Positions 7,835 to 16,962 of a stretch of DNA of 17,110 nucleotides are shown in pieces. Under the pieces are notes generated by a model, which was given only the letters and a program-made list of their open reading frames with translations, did not search any database and was not told the origin of the DNA. Every line of letters starts with the position of its first letter. Positions within the stretch are counted from its first letter, which is position 1. The stretch comes from Dehalococcoidia bacterium (GTDB lineage Bacteria; Chloroflexota; Dehalococcoidia; Lucifugimonadales; UBA3495), in contig JASLXV010000096.1 of assembly GCA_030740155.1 (NCBI GenBank), forward strand, positions 1 to 17,110, in the 5' to 3' direction. The position numbers and the translations under genes were made by a program.

Positions 7835-8215
7835 ACACACTCATACTACTTCAAGGGAGAGCAATATGCATGGTGGGCAACCAGCAATTCGGTGAGGGAT
7901 TTCCCCCAATCCGCCGGCCGTCAGCCATCGTTCCTCGTCCACCGCCACGCCGCAGCCTGGGGCGAACTTGTCAAGACAAACTACGGCCGTCCGGAATACC
8001 AAGCGGTCAACGACACCCGTCTTGCAGCCGCCGGGGACGATTCTTGCCGGGTCGCCGCGTTGAAATGCGCAGGGCTTCCTCCCAGAGCCGGAAAGGCCTC
8101 TCCTCACGCTGGAGCACCAACACCGCGAAGCCGGCCCGGCTGGGTTTTACTGACATCAGGCCCTTGCCGGTCCGGGAACCCCGGCGGTACTATGGTGTCC
8201 CAATCCCCTTCACGC

Positions 8216-8254
8216 CGGGTCGCTGGTCCTTCGACAAGCGGCCCGTTCTTTTTT
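8216..8254 (+). terminator. Intrinsic terminator
   Basis: CGGGTCGCT...AGCGGCCCG stem followed by TTCTTTTTT. Confidence 0.75.
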
Positions 8255-8667
8255 GAGGTGAGTGCGGCTGCCGTGCTCGCAGGCTTCCGCGATGCCCAGC
8301 AACTCGTCACGCTGGAGCACCGTCACGGTGAGGCCCGCGCCAGGCGGTCAACGCCTCGCGGGCTTCCGGCGGGGGACCTCCCAGGCGCTCGATCCCCCAT
8401 CCATGGGCACAACCGGCGCGAGCGTTAGCCGAAAATGATTCCAGGTCAGGGCCGGCCGATCGCCGCTGGGCCTTCCGTTTCGCGTCCAAGCCTCGCGCTG
8501 CACCGGTGCCAACGCTATCCACAAGTGTGCAATTTCCTCGCATCGATACAGGTGGAAGCCCCGTGTCCTCGGATGGTAGGCCAAGTTCATAGTATGTGTA
8601 GGGGCGTGCGAGTACGGTGTGATCGGCATCTTCAATAATAGAATTGATGTGTAGAGGAGAGTGGACA

Positions 8668-8910
8668 ATGGCCAAGCGTAATAAGCTCGTTGCGGGACTG
8701 TTGGTCGGGGCCGCCATGGGGGCCGCCGCCGGGCTGCTCTTAGCGCCCAAGCCGGGGAAAGAGGCACGGCACGTCGTGGCGTCGCGGCTGGACAATCTCC
8801 GGCATCAGGCGGGCAACCGCGTGCGCACCCTGCGCCGGAATAGGCCAGAGGAAAGAGAATCCTCGGCCCACACGAACTCATCGGACCAGCGGGTTGGAAT
8901 CCCCGGCTAG
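8668..8910 (+). CDS. YtxH domain-containing protein
   Basis: GLLVGAAMGAAAGLLLAPKPGKEAR signature. RBS GAGGAG upstream of ATG 8668. Confidence 0.88.
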   Translation: MAKRNKLVAGLLVGAAMGAAAGLLLAPKPGKEARHVVASRLDNLRHQAGNRVRTLRRNRPEERESSAHTNSSDQRVGIPG

Positions 8911-9003
8911 CACCCTTCGATTCGCCGGTGCAAGCGTCTCCGGGAACCGGCAATCTTGCTGGCGAGACCGAGCCGGGAAGTGTTTTCAGAGAAGGCGTCC
9001 CGG

Positions 9004-9032
9004 AAAAACCCCCTTGTAAATGGGAGGGGGGT
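9004..9032 (-). terminator. Putative terminator of the URO-D-like gene
   Basis: C5/G6 stem followed by T5 on the minus strand, just after the stop codon. Confidence 0.45.
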
Positions 9033-9036
9033 GGGC

Positions 9037-10035
9037 CTACGCCCCCTCCGCCGCCTGGCGGACGGCTCTGATGTTGGCCTCGGGTGATTCCGGCGTATAG
9101 GTGCATCCGCTGCCCAGCATCCAGCCCTGAGTGCCCATGGCCTCTACCAACTCCCGCGTCGACGCGGCGAGACCTTCGGGAGTGCCCCCCACGAGTTCGC
9201 CCCGGTGTTGCAGTCCGCCGACGACCGTGCGGCCTCCGAGCAGCTTCTTCCCTTCGGCCAAGCTGGCGTTTCCCTGGCCTCGCGCATCCCAGTTGACCGC
9301 CTGGGCGGGATAGTCGGCCAGATCGGAGAGCATGTTGTGGTCCCGGCACACGTGTAGGACGTTGAATTCGGCGTCGGCGAGAGCGTCCAGCACCTTGACG
9401 TCGCTCGGCCGAGCCACCCGAAGGTACTCCTCGACCGGCATGCGGTCGGTCGTGGCCCAGGCGGTGGTGGCGTAGAAGAGGCCGCTGGCCCCCCGGTCAA
9501 GGGAGGCCCGTCCGAGGGCGATAGTCGACTCAGCGGCCACTTCCAGAGCGTACTGGACCTTGTCGAAGTGCTCCCGAACGTGCTCCTGGAAGATATCCTC
9601 CGAGGCGACCAGGCGAGAGAGGTTGGAGAAAGGGGTAAAGGCGGTTACCAGAAACGGGACCTGCCCACCCAGACCTTCGGCGATGAGTTCGAGGGCGTGG
9701 AGGTGCTCGGCCAGCGGACCCCGGTCGAGGGGCGGGACCTCCAATTTCAGCCAGTCGTCGGGCTCCTGAATCGGCACTTCCACCACCGTCGGAGGCTGGT
9801 CGCCGTCGTAGCGTATTTTGACACCCCAGGCCTCGGCGTGAATATACGCCCTGATGTTGACCTTCATGTAGTCCCAGTCGTAACGCTGCTGGAAGCCCAG
9901 CATGGCCGCGGCCAGCTCTTCAGCGGTCTTTTCCTCAGTGAAAAAGTGGCGCCACATGCTGATGGGAGGCCGGTCCACCTGCTGCCCGTTCAGGGCGGCC
10001 ATCGTGCGCTCCCGATGCGTCATCTGTCCTGCCAT
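9037..10035 (-). CDS. Uroporphyrinogen decarboxylase family protein (URO-D/MtaA-like TIM barrel), substrate unknown
   Basis: MTHRER..AALNGQQVDRPP, AF.PFS, VLHVC and WMLGSGC...E.NIRA motifs. RBS GGAGG. Lacks the HemE RQAGR motif. Confidence 0.88.
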   Translation of the reverse strand: MAGQMTHRERTMAALNGQQVDRPPISMWRHFFTEEKTAEELAAAMLGFQQRYDWDYMKVNIRAYIHAEAWGVKIRYDGDQPPTVVEVPIQEPDDWLKLEVPPLDRGPLAEHLHALELIAEGLGGQVPFLVTAFTPFSNLSRLVASEDIFQEHVREHFDKVQYALEVAAESTIALGRASLDRGASGLFYATTAWATTDRMPVEEYLRVARPSDVKVLDALADAEFNVLHVCRDHNMLSDLADYPAQAVNWDARGQGNASLAEGKKLLGGRTVVGGLQHRGELVGGTPEGLAASTRELVEAMGTQGWMLGSGCTYTPESPEANIRAVRQAAEGA

Positions 10036-10203
10036 GGGTTTACCTCCGCCTCTTGAAGAATGCCTGATCCGGACCGGTCCAATCGTTTCCCGGCTCCGGC
10101 CATCATACTAACACACGGGCTAACCCACGGGCCGCTGCCGTGGCCCCTAGCCGGCCAACTGGGAATCAGGGTGCATTGGAGGGCCACGGCGCGGGTTACG
10201 ATG

Positions 10204-11159
10204 TTACCGATCCGGCATCACGTGGGCGCCAAACCGCCGAATTTGTTCGGCTGATTCCGCCACCGGCCAGAGACAGACCTGTTTCGCCCCCGCCTCGATC
10301 CATCGCGCCAGCAGGGCTTTGCACTCCTCGTAATCCCCCACCAGGTAGTGTCCGCTTCCGGCGTCGAAGGGAGCGCGGGCCGCCGCCTCGATGATGGGCG
10401 CCGCCAGCCGTCTGGCCTTTTTCCCGTCCTCGTCAATGAACATGAACATTGTATCGACGGCGTTGGGGAAGGCTTCCGGGTCCTTTCCTCGCTTCTGTAG
10501 CGCGACATTCAGCGATTGCAAGGCGGCGTGGAACTCCTCCGGTGTGGAGTGCAGGGCTGAGGCCACCCATCCGTCACCCAGGCGGGCGACTCGCTGCATT
10601 CCTCCGGGGGAGCCCCAACTGGAAAGCCAGATGGGGGGGCACGGCTTCTGAACGCTGCCCGGAGATATGGTGACGTTTTCGAACGTGTAGTACGGGCCCC
10701 GGTGGGTTACCCCGGTTTCACTGAGAAGAGCCCGAAGGGCAACCACGCCGTCAACTAGCATCTTCCGGCGCTCCTCGAAAGGAATCCCCAGCGCGTCGAA
10801 GTCCGATTTGGTGGACCCCTCACCCACCCCGATAATCAAGTTACCGCCGCTCAGTATGTCGAGGGTGGCGAAGCTCTGGGCCAGGGCCACCGGGTGGCGA
10901 AGCGGCAGCCCCACAACGCCGGTACCGATGGTGAGGCCCAACTGCCCGGCCCGGCCGGCGACAGCCGCCAACAGCGCCATGCAGTCCATCCACGGGTCCC
11001 AGTAGACGATGTGGTCGGTGACCCAAATGCCGGAGAATCCGGCCGACTTGGCCGCCTCCACCGTCCCGGTCAGCAGGCCATGAGAAGCCGGCAGCGGATC
11101 CCCGCCGGAGAGAGTCCGGGAGGGAAGGTGGACCCCATAGCTTACGGTGGGGGGGCCAT
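10204..11159 (-). pseudogene. LLM class flavin/F420-dependent oxidoreductase, start codon out of frame at a C7 tract
   Basis: GFSGIWVTDH, LRHPVALAQSFATLDILSGG.LIIGVG and ARLGDGW motifs. The RBS GGAGGAG plus ATG 11159 reads ATG GCC CCC CCA CCG TAA. One extra C restores MAPPTVSYGVHLP. Confidence 0.8.
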
Positions 11160-11248
11160 GGCGCTCTCCTCCTGGCGAAGCGTTTCGACGGAGCGATGGC
11201 CGGCGCCCGGAATTGGGACATGGGGGCAACCTGGCTAGCCGGCCCTCC

Positions 11249-11269
11249 GGTTCGAACCCTCCCAGCCCA
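11249..11269 (+). other. tRNA 3'-end fragment (T-loop plus acceptor 3' strand), att-like
   Basis: GG-TTCGAAC-CCTCC-CAGCCCA has tRNA T-arm/acceptor spacing. No 5' half of a tRNA is present. Confidence 0.45.
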
Positions 11270-11804
11270 TTCTATGCAAGCAAAAGTGAAAGGAATACCG
11301 GCAGCAGCGTCATTCAGGGCTGCTAATCTCTGCTTGCTTATCCGTTCACGGTGACCATATAGTAACGGTAGCCGCCATAGCAAGGTGAGCGTTGCCATTT
11401 CTGCACAATATGCGAGGGACTATATGGCTGCAAGCGCTGAGAGTTCGCCCCAGACTTTCCTCGTTTCGATAGTGGATAAACACCTGCGCTTATCGGTGCG
11501 AAAGAGCTTTCTAGGGCGTCGCTATCTGTTGGAGGGAGACCTCCGATTTAGGGTCGGGCTACTTTCATTCATTGACGGCGGAGTAATTGGGTACCTGTTG
11601 CGGGGCTAACCGAATATCCTGCGAGTTCTTGCGACAGGCGACCCAAAAGGGCCTGGCACAATACCAGTTGAAACACTTTCGGACGTATTCCTTGAGGCGC
11701 TCTGCGGCCAAGCATCTGACGTCACTGTTCGACTGTCCCACCCGCCGTCCTTTTCTTCTCTCTACATAGTTCCTATGGTTGTTAGTGAAGTAGGGGATAT
11801 AGCG

Positions 11805-12209
11805 ATGGCTGCATCCGATCGGACAATCAAGCGCGGTGCAATGCAGCGAAGCGTAGAAGAATTTGATCTCTCATTGAGGCAGCGGTTGAACCGTGCCCGT
11901 GTGACCGATCTACAAGTAGCCACCGCCTTCGGTATCGCTGAATGCCTGCGCGGTGTTGCCGTAGGATACCATAAAGCGGACGTATTCGAGTCATGTTGGT
12001 CTGGCTCCTTTCTCACTGGGGATGCCACGCAACCTGACATCGCTGAATTCCCGGGAGGCTGGTCATTGTCCGTCCCGACAGATTGGAATGGACTCATCCT
12101 GTCCGAAAGAGGCCGTATTATTGCGGCAGATATTCTTGCCTGGGCACAGACGACTGACCCGCCGAAACTATCAGAAACCGATCTCGAGAAGATTCAAGTT
12201 CAGACCTAG
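11805..12209 (+). CDS. Hypothetical protein in a lower-GC segment
   Basis: 134-aa open frame with globular-looking composition and a purine-rich AGGGGA upstream. No recognisable motif. Alternative start at 11775. Confidence 0.45.
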   Translation: MAASDRTIKRGAMQRSVEEFDLSLRQRLNRARVTDLQVATAFGIAECLRGVAVGYHKADVFESCWSGSFLTGDATQPDIAEFPGGWSLSVPTDWNGLILSERGRIIAADILAWAQTTDPPKLSETDLEKIQVQT

Positions 12210-12440
12210 TGTGTAGCAACCCACCAACAGGACCCGAAGGAAACCCAGAGGCTGATTCCATGTTGGTTGGCGTTATGACAATGTTGCGCCCGGCCCGGCG
12301 CAAGACAGGCAGAGTGGGAATTCAAAACTTCTGAGCTATGTACACATTAGCCTACCAATCAGCCGACTGGCGCCGGACGGTGGCAACCGCCGGGGGAGCG
12401 GCGCCTGTCACACGGCGGCCTTCGGTCATTGCCTCGAATC

Positions 12441-12469
12441 TTGACAGGGAGCAGCCGATGGCATAGGTT
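12441..12469 (+). promoter_or_regulatory. Sigma70-type promoter for the CoA-transferase operon
   Basis: TTGACA-17 bp-TAGGTT. Confidence 0.6.
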
Positions 12470-12520
12470 ACTGAGTGCCGAAGCCAACCGCAGCCACGCC
12501 CGTTTATCGGAGGGAATCGA

Positions 12521-13783
12521 GTGGTCGAAGAGAAATCAGGCGTGGAACACCTTCTGAGCCCTTACCGGGTCCTGGACCTCACAGACGAACGGGGGCTCCT
12601 CTGCGGCAAGATGCTGGCCGACCTGGGCGCCGACGTGATCCAGGTGGAACCCCCCAGCGGCAACCCCGCGAGAAACCTGGGTCCCTTCTACCAGGACGAT
12701 GTCCACCCAGAGAAGAGCCTCTTCTGGTGGGCCTACGCCGCCAACAAACGGGGCATCACCCTGAACCTGCACACCGCCGGCGGCAGGGAACTGCTCCACC
12801 GGCTGGTAAAAGACGCCGACTTCCTCATCGAGTCCTTCCCGCCCGGATACCTGGAAGACCTTGGGCTGGGATACCCAGACCTGGAGGCCGTCAACCCGGG
12901 CCTGGTGATGGTGTCGATCACGGCCTTCGGGCAGGACGGCCCCTATGCCGCGTATCAGGCCCCGGATATCGTGGGCCTGGCCGCCAGCGGGATACTGTAT
13001 CTCACCGGCGACAGCGACCGGCCCCCGGTGCGGGTAGGCTTCCCCCAATTCTACCTCCACGGCGCCGCGGCCGGCGCCGGGGGCGCCCTGATGGCCCACA
13101 CCCATCGCGCCGTTACCGGCCAGGGCCAACACGTCGACGTGTCCTGCCAGCAGGCGGTGGCCAAGGCGCTGGCCAATGCCCCGCTAACCTGGGATATCGA
13201 CCGCGCAATCATCAAGCGGATGGGCGCTTTCCGCCAGGCTTCCAAGGACGCCACGGTGCGAATCACCTGGCGGTGCAAGGACGGCCACGTCAACTTCATG
13301 CTCCAGGGCGGGTCCACCGCGGTGAGCACCCGCTCCATGCTGGCCTGGATGGACGAGGAAGGCATGGGTGACGAAGACCTGAAACAGGTCAACTGGGAGG
13401 AGCTGGGCTTCGGCCAGGGCTCGGCGGAGGTGGCGGCGATGGCCGAGAAACCGCTGGACCGGTTCCTAATGAGTCATACCAAGGCAGAGCTAACGCGAGG
13501 AGGCTTCGAGCGCCGCATATTGCTCTCCCCGGTGGCTACCCACGGGGATGTCATGGACCACCCTCAGCTAGAGGCCCGAGGTTTCTTCAAGGAGCTGCAC
13601 CACCCGGAGCTGGAGGCCTCGGTGACCCATCCGGGAGCGTTCGTGACGAACGAGGGAGAACCGCGGGTCGGATTGCGCCGGCGGCCCCCGCTCATCGGGG
13701 AGCACAACCGGGAGATCTACCTGGATGAACTGGGCCTCTCGGTGGAAGAGCTGATCGGCCTCAGGAGAGGGGGTGTGATCTGA
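12521..13783 (+). CDS. Family III (CaiB/BaiF) CoA-transferase, BbsE-like subunit
   Basis: RVLDLT, LADLGADVIQVEPPSG, NKRGITLNL, SITAFGQDGPY, GQHVDVS and PPLIGEHN motifs. RBS GGAGG before the GTG. Confidence 0.95.
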   Translation: MVEEKSGVEHLLSPYRVLDLTDERGLLCGKMLADLGADVIQVEPPSGNPARNLGPFYQDDVHPEKSLFWWAYAANKRGITLNLHTAGGRELLHRLVKDADFLIESFPPGYLEDLGLGYPDLEAVNPGLVMVSITAFGQDGPYAAYQAPDIVGLAASGILYLTGDSDRPPVRVGFPQFYLHGAAAGAGGALMAHTHRAVTGQGQHVDVSCQQAVAKALANAPLTWDIDRAIIKRMGAFRQASKDATVRITWRCKDGHVNFMLQGGSTAVSTRSMLAWMDEEGMGDEDLKQVNWEELGFGQGSAEVAAMAEKPLDRFLMSHTKAELTRGGFERRILLSPVATHGDVMDHPQLEARGFFKELHHPELEASVTHPGAFVTNEGEPRVGLRRRPPLIGEHNREIYLDELGLSVEELIGLRRGGVI

Positions 13784-15003
13784 ACGCCGAGAAACCGTTG
13801 CAGGGGGTTAAGGTGCTGGACTTCTGCTGGGTGGTGGCAGGCCCCATGGCCACCAAGTCCCTGGCCGAGTTTGGCGCCACCGTGGTCCGGGTGGAATCCT
13901 CCAAGCGGCCCGAGACACTGCGGCGGGCCGCCCCCTTCAGGGGCAGAGAGGAAAGCATAGACCGCAGCGCCTACTTCGCCAACTACAACGCCAACAAACA
14001 CGGCATCACCATCGACATGGGCCATCCTCAGGCCAGAGACCTGATCCTGCGAATGGTGCTCTGGGCGGACGTGGTGACCGAAAACTTTACCCCCGGCACG
14101 ATGCCGAAATGGGGCCTGGGATACGCCGACCTCAAGAAGGTGAATCCAGGACTCGTCATGTTCAGCACCTCCATGCTGGGCCGGGGCGGCCCCATGGAGA
14201 GCCAGCCGGGTTACGGGCCGGTGCTAACCTCCCTCTCCGGCCTCACCCACATCACGGGCTGGCCCGACCGGGACCCCGTGAACCCTCACGGCCCCTACAC
14301 CGACTTCATCGGCCCCCGTTTCGCCGTTGCCGCCATTCTGGCGGGCCTGGACCATAGCAGAAGGACCGGCAAAGGGGTCCACTTGGACATGTCACAGCTT
14401 GAATCCGCCCTTCACTTCTCGGCGCCTCTCACGCTGGACCGTGCGGTGAACGGGCGGGATCAGGGCCGCAGGGGCAACCGGGACCCGGGAGCCGCGCCCC
14501 ATGGGGTCTATCCCTGCAAGGGAGAGGACCGTTGGATCGCCATCGCCTGTACCTCCGACGAGCAGTGGCAGGCCTTCCGCCTGGTCATCGCCCCGGACGG
14601 CCGGGGCTGGGCCCACCAGGAACGCTTCTCCAGCCTGCTCGGCCGCAAGTCCTCGGAGGATGAGCTGGAGCGCATGGTCGGCGAGTGGACCGCGCCCTGG
14701 GACGCACGGGAGCTGATGGATACCCTCCAGCGGGCGGGGGTGCCCGCCGGGGTGGTCAACGACTGCCGAGACCTCTTCGACGACCCGCAACTCAAGCACC
14801 GGGGGCACTACCAGTTCCTGGACCACCCGGAGCTGGGCGTCTACGCCACCGAGGGTACCGAGATGGTCCTATCCCGGACGCCGGGAAGCCTGGAAACGGC
14901 GTCGCCCCTGATGGGCCAGCACACCGAGCAGGTGTTCAGGGAGCTATTCGGCTTTTCGGCGGAGGAGTACAACTCCCTGAAAGAGGACGGGATGTTCGAG
15001 TAG
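13780..15003 (+). CDS. Family III (CaiB/BaiF) CoA-transferase, BbsF-like subunit
   Basis: PLQGVKVLDFCWVVAGP, NANKHGITIDM, ENFTPG, YTD (catalytic Asp position) and APHGVYPC motifs. Start is either CTG 13780 overlapping the upstream TGA, or TTG 13798. Confidence 0.93.
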   Translation: MNAEKPLQGVKVLDFCWVVAGPMATKSLAEFGATVVRVESSKRPETLRRAAPFRGREESIDRSAYFANYNANKHGITIDMGHPQARDLILRMVLWADVVTENFTPGTMPKWGLGYADLKKVNPGLVMFSTSMLGRGGPMESQPGYGPVLTSLSGLTHITGWPDRDPVNPHGPYTDFIGPRFAVAAILAGLDHSRRTGKGVHLDMSQLESALHFSAPLTLDRAVNGRDQGRRGNRDPGAAPHGVYPCKGEDRWIAIACTSDEQWQAFRLVIAPDGRGWAHQERFSSLLGRKSSEDELERMVGEWTAPWDARELMDTLQRAGVPAGVVNDCRDLFDDPQLKHRGHYQFLDHPELGVYATEGTEMVLSRTPGSLETASPLMGQHTEQVFRELFGFSAEEYNSLKEDGMFE

Positions 15004-15148
15004 TCTCCGGGCCGGGATCCAGTAAACACCTCTCCGGAATCCGGCCTTGGCCGGAAAGATGTCCGTGGGGCTAGGTTGTCGCACATTGTCGCCGAGGTAG
15101 AGCCGGCTACAAGATGGTTCACTCGTTCACGGGGCCGAAGAACCCGCG

Positions 15149-16756
15149 TCAGTTGATCCGTTTTTCGCGCCCTTGCCACTCCTTCTCCCGGAGCACGAAC
15201 TTCTGAATCTTGCCGGTGGCCGTCTTGGGCAACTCGCCGAACTCGACGTACTGCGGGCATTTGAAGTGGGCGATGCGCTCCCGGCAGAACTGGATGATCT
15301 CCTCCGAGGTCACCTCGGCGTCCTCCCGCTTGGCGATGAAAGCCTTGGGCGTCTCTCCCCAGCGCTCGTCAGGCACGCCGACGATGCATACCTCCAGGAC
15401 GGACGGGTGCTCCATGATGACCTTCTCCACCTCCTGGCTAGAGATGTTCTCCCCGCCGGAGATGATGATGTCTTTGGCCCGGTCCCGGAGTTCGATGTAG
15501 CCGTCAGGGTTCCAGACCGCCAGGTCGCCCGAATGGAACCAGCCGCCATTAAAGGCCCGGGCCGTGGCCTCCGGGTCGTTGTAGTAGCCCGTCATCACGT
15601 TATTGCCCCGCATCACCACCTCGCCCATGGTCGCGCCATCCCGGCGAACGTCCTCCATGTTCTCGTCCACCACCCGCACGCCGGGCTCGGTCAAGATGTA
15701 GGAAACCCCCTGACGAGACTTCAGGCGGGCCCGCTCCTCCACGGGCAACTCCTCCCAGCCGGGCTGCTCGGCGCAGACGGTATGCGGCCCGTAGGTCTCC
15801 GTCAGCCCATAGCCATGCTCGATGCTGGCGCCCATCCCCTCAATGGTCCGAATTACCTGGGGAGCCGGCGGCGCTCCGGCGGTAACGACGGTCACCCGCG
15901 ACAGGTCCTGGCCTTCGGCCGCCGGCGAGGAGTACATTGCGGTGAGAACAGTGGGAGCGCAGCACATGTGGGTCACGCCCTCCTCCCGGATCAACTGGTA
16001 TATCTGCTCCGGTTCGACCCGCCGCAGGCACACGTGGGTGCCCGCGACCGCCGTCACGCCCCAGGTGAAGCACCAGCCGTTGCAATGGAACATCGGCAGC
16101 GTCCAAAGGTAGACGCTGCGCCAGCTCATCCCCGCCTCCAACACCTCGCTGATGGCGGCAAGGTAAGCGCCCCGGGCGTTGTACTCCACGCCCTTGGGCT
16201 GGCCCGTGGTGCCGGAAGTGTAGTCGATGGCAATCGTCTCCAACTCCGAGTCCAGCTCCACCCGGTGGACCCCTTCCGGGGATGAGGCGAGGAACGACTC
16301 GTAGTCGGGGCCCGGAATGTCCTCGGCCTTGGGGGCCACGTCCACCACCTGCACAAAGGTCGTGACCCCGGGGACGTCGTCCTTCAGGTCCCGCACGATG
16401 GCCGCCAGCTCCGAGTCGAACACCAACACCTTGGCCCCGCTATGGTTGATGATGTAGGCGATCTCCCGGGATGAAAGGCGGTAGTTAATGGCCACCAGGA
16501 TAGCCCCGATGTAGAGGGGTCCGTAGTGGCCTTCGAGCATGGGCGGGCCGTTGGGCGTCAGGAACGCTACCCGGTCACCCTTCTCGACTCCCACGCTTTT
16601 GAGCGCCCCAGCCAGGCGTTTTACCCGGTCCGAAAACTGGAGATAGGTGTACCGCCGGCTGCCGTAGACCACCGCGGTCTTGCCGGGATAGACGAAGGCG
16701 CTGCGGTCTAGCAAAGTCAACGGGTTCAGATCCTGGAACGATACCTTCTGGTGCAT
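15149..16756 (-). CDS. Acyl-CoA synthetase / AMP-binding fatty acid-CoA ligase
   Basis: YTSGTTGQPKG, LPMFHCNGW, YGLTE, FHSGD, DRAKDIIISGGENISS and PKTATGKIQK motifs. RBS AAGGA before ATG 16756. Confidence 0.96.
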   Translation of the reverse strand: MHQKVSFQDLNPLTLLDRSAFVYPGKTAVVYGSRRYTYLQFSDRVKRLAGALKSVGVEKGDRVAFLTPNGPPMLEGHYGPLYIGAILVAINYRLSSREIAYIINHSGAKVLVFDSELAAIVRDLKDDVPGVTTFVQVVDVAPKAEDIPGPDYESFLASSPEGVHRVELDSELETIAIDYTSGTTGQPKGVEYNARGAYLAAISEVLEAGMSWRSVYLWTLPMFHCNGWCFTWGVTAVAGTHVCLRRVEPEQIYQLIREEGVTHMCCAPTVLTAMYSSPAAEGQDLSRVTVVTAGAPPAPQVIRTIEGMGASIEHGYGLTETYGPHTVCAEQPGWEELPVEERARLKSRQGVSYILTEPGVRVVDENMEDVRRDGATMGEVVMRGNNVMTGYYNDPEATARAFNGGWFHSGDLAVWNPDGYIELRDRAKDIIISGGENISSQEVEKVIMEHPSVLEVCIVGVPDERWGETPKAFIAKREDAEVTSEEIIQFCRERIAHFKCPQYVEFGELPKTATGKIQKFVLREKEWQGREKRIN

Positions 16757-16962
16757 CGCTATGTCCTTTCTCCGAGACCTTTGGCGTCTCCGAGATGTTG
16801 TAGTGCCCACACCTTTAATCGGTAGTTGTCTTATTTCACCCGCCAGCCCGATCGGGGTGTCAGGAAGTGTATTGAGCACCATCTTCTCTGTCAATGGTGG
16901 AAACCCAGCAGCGTGGTCGATTGGAAGGGATATGGGGATGATCAAATAACTAACTTGAAAGG

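Noticed and set aside
7807..7880. Integron attC site starting at GCCTAAC
   Set aside because: No matching GTTRRRY at a suitable distance and no cassette array or integron integrase.
7340..8428. ORFs 7340-7777 (-), 7703-8428 (+) and 7870-8256 (+)
   Set aside because: Low-complexity R/P/G/S-rich translations typical of GC-rich non-coding DNA. The longest runs through a strong terminator.
8515..8523. DnaA box-like CTATCCACA
   Set aside because: Single imperfect copy with no cluster or origin context.
15173..16285. 370-aa plus-strand ORF (likewise 8348-9349 and 12475-13371)
   Set aside because: Antisense or alternate-frame shadows of high-GC genes with clear family motifs.
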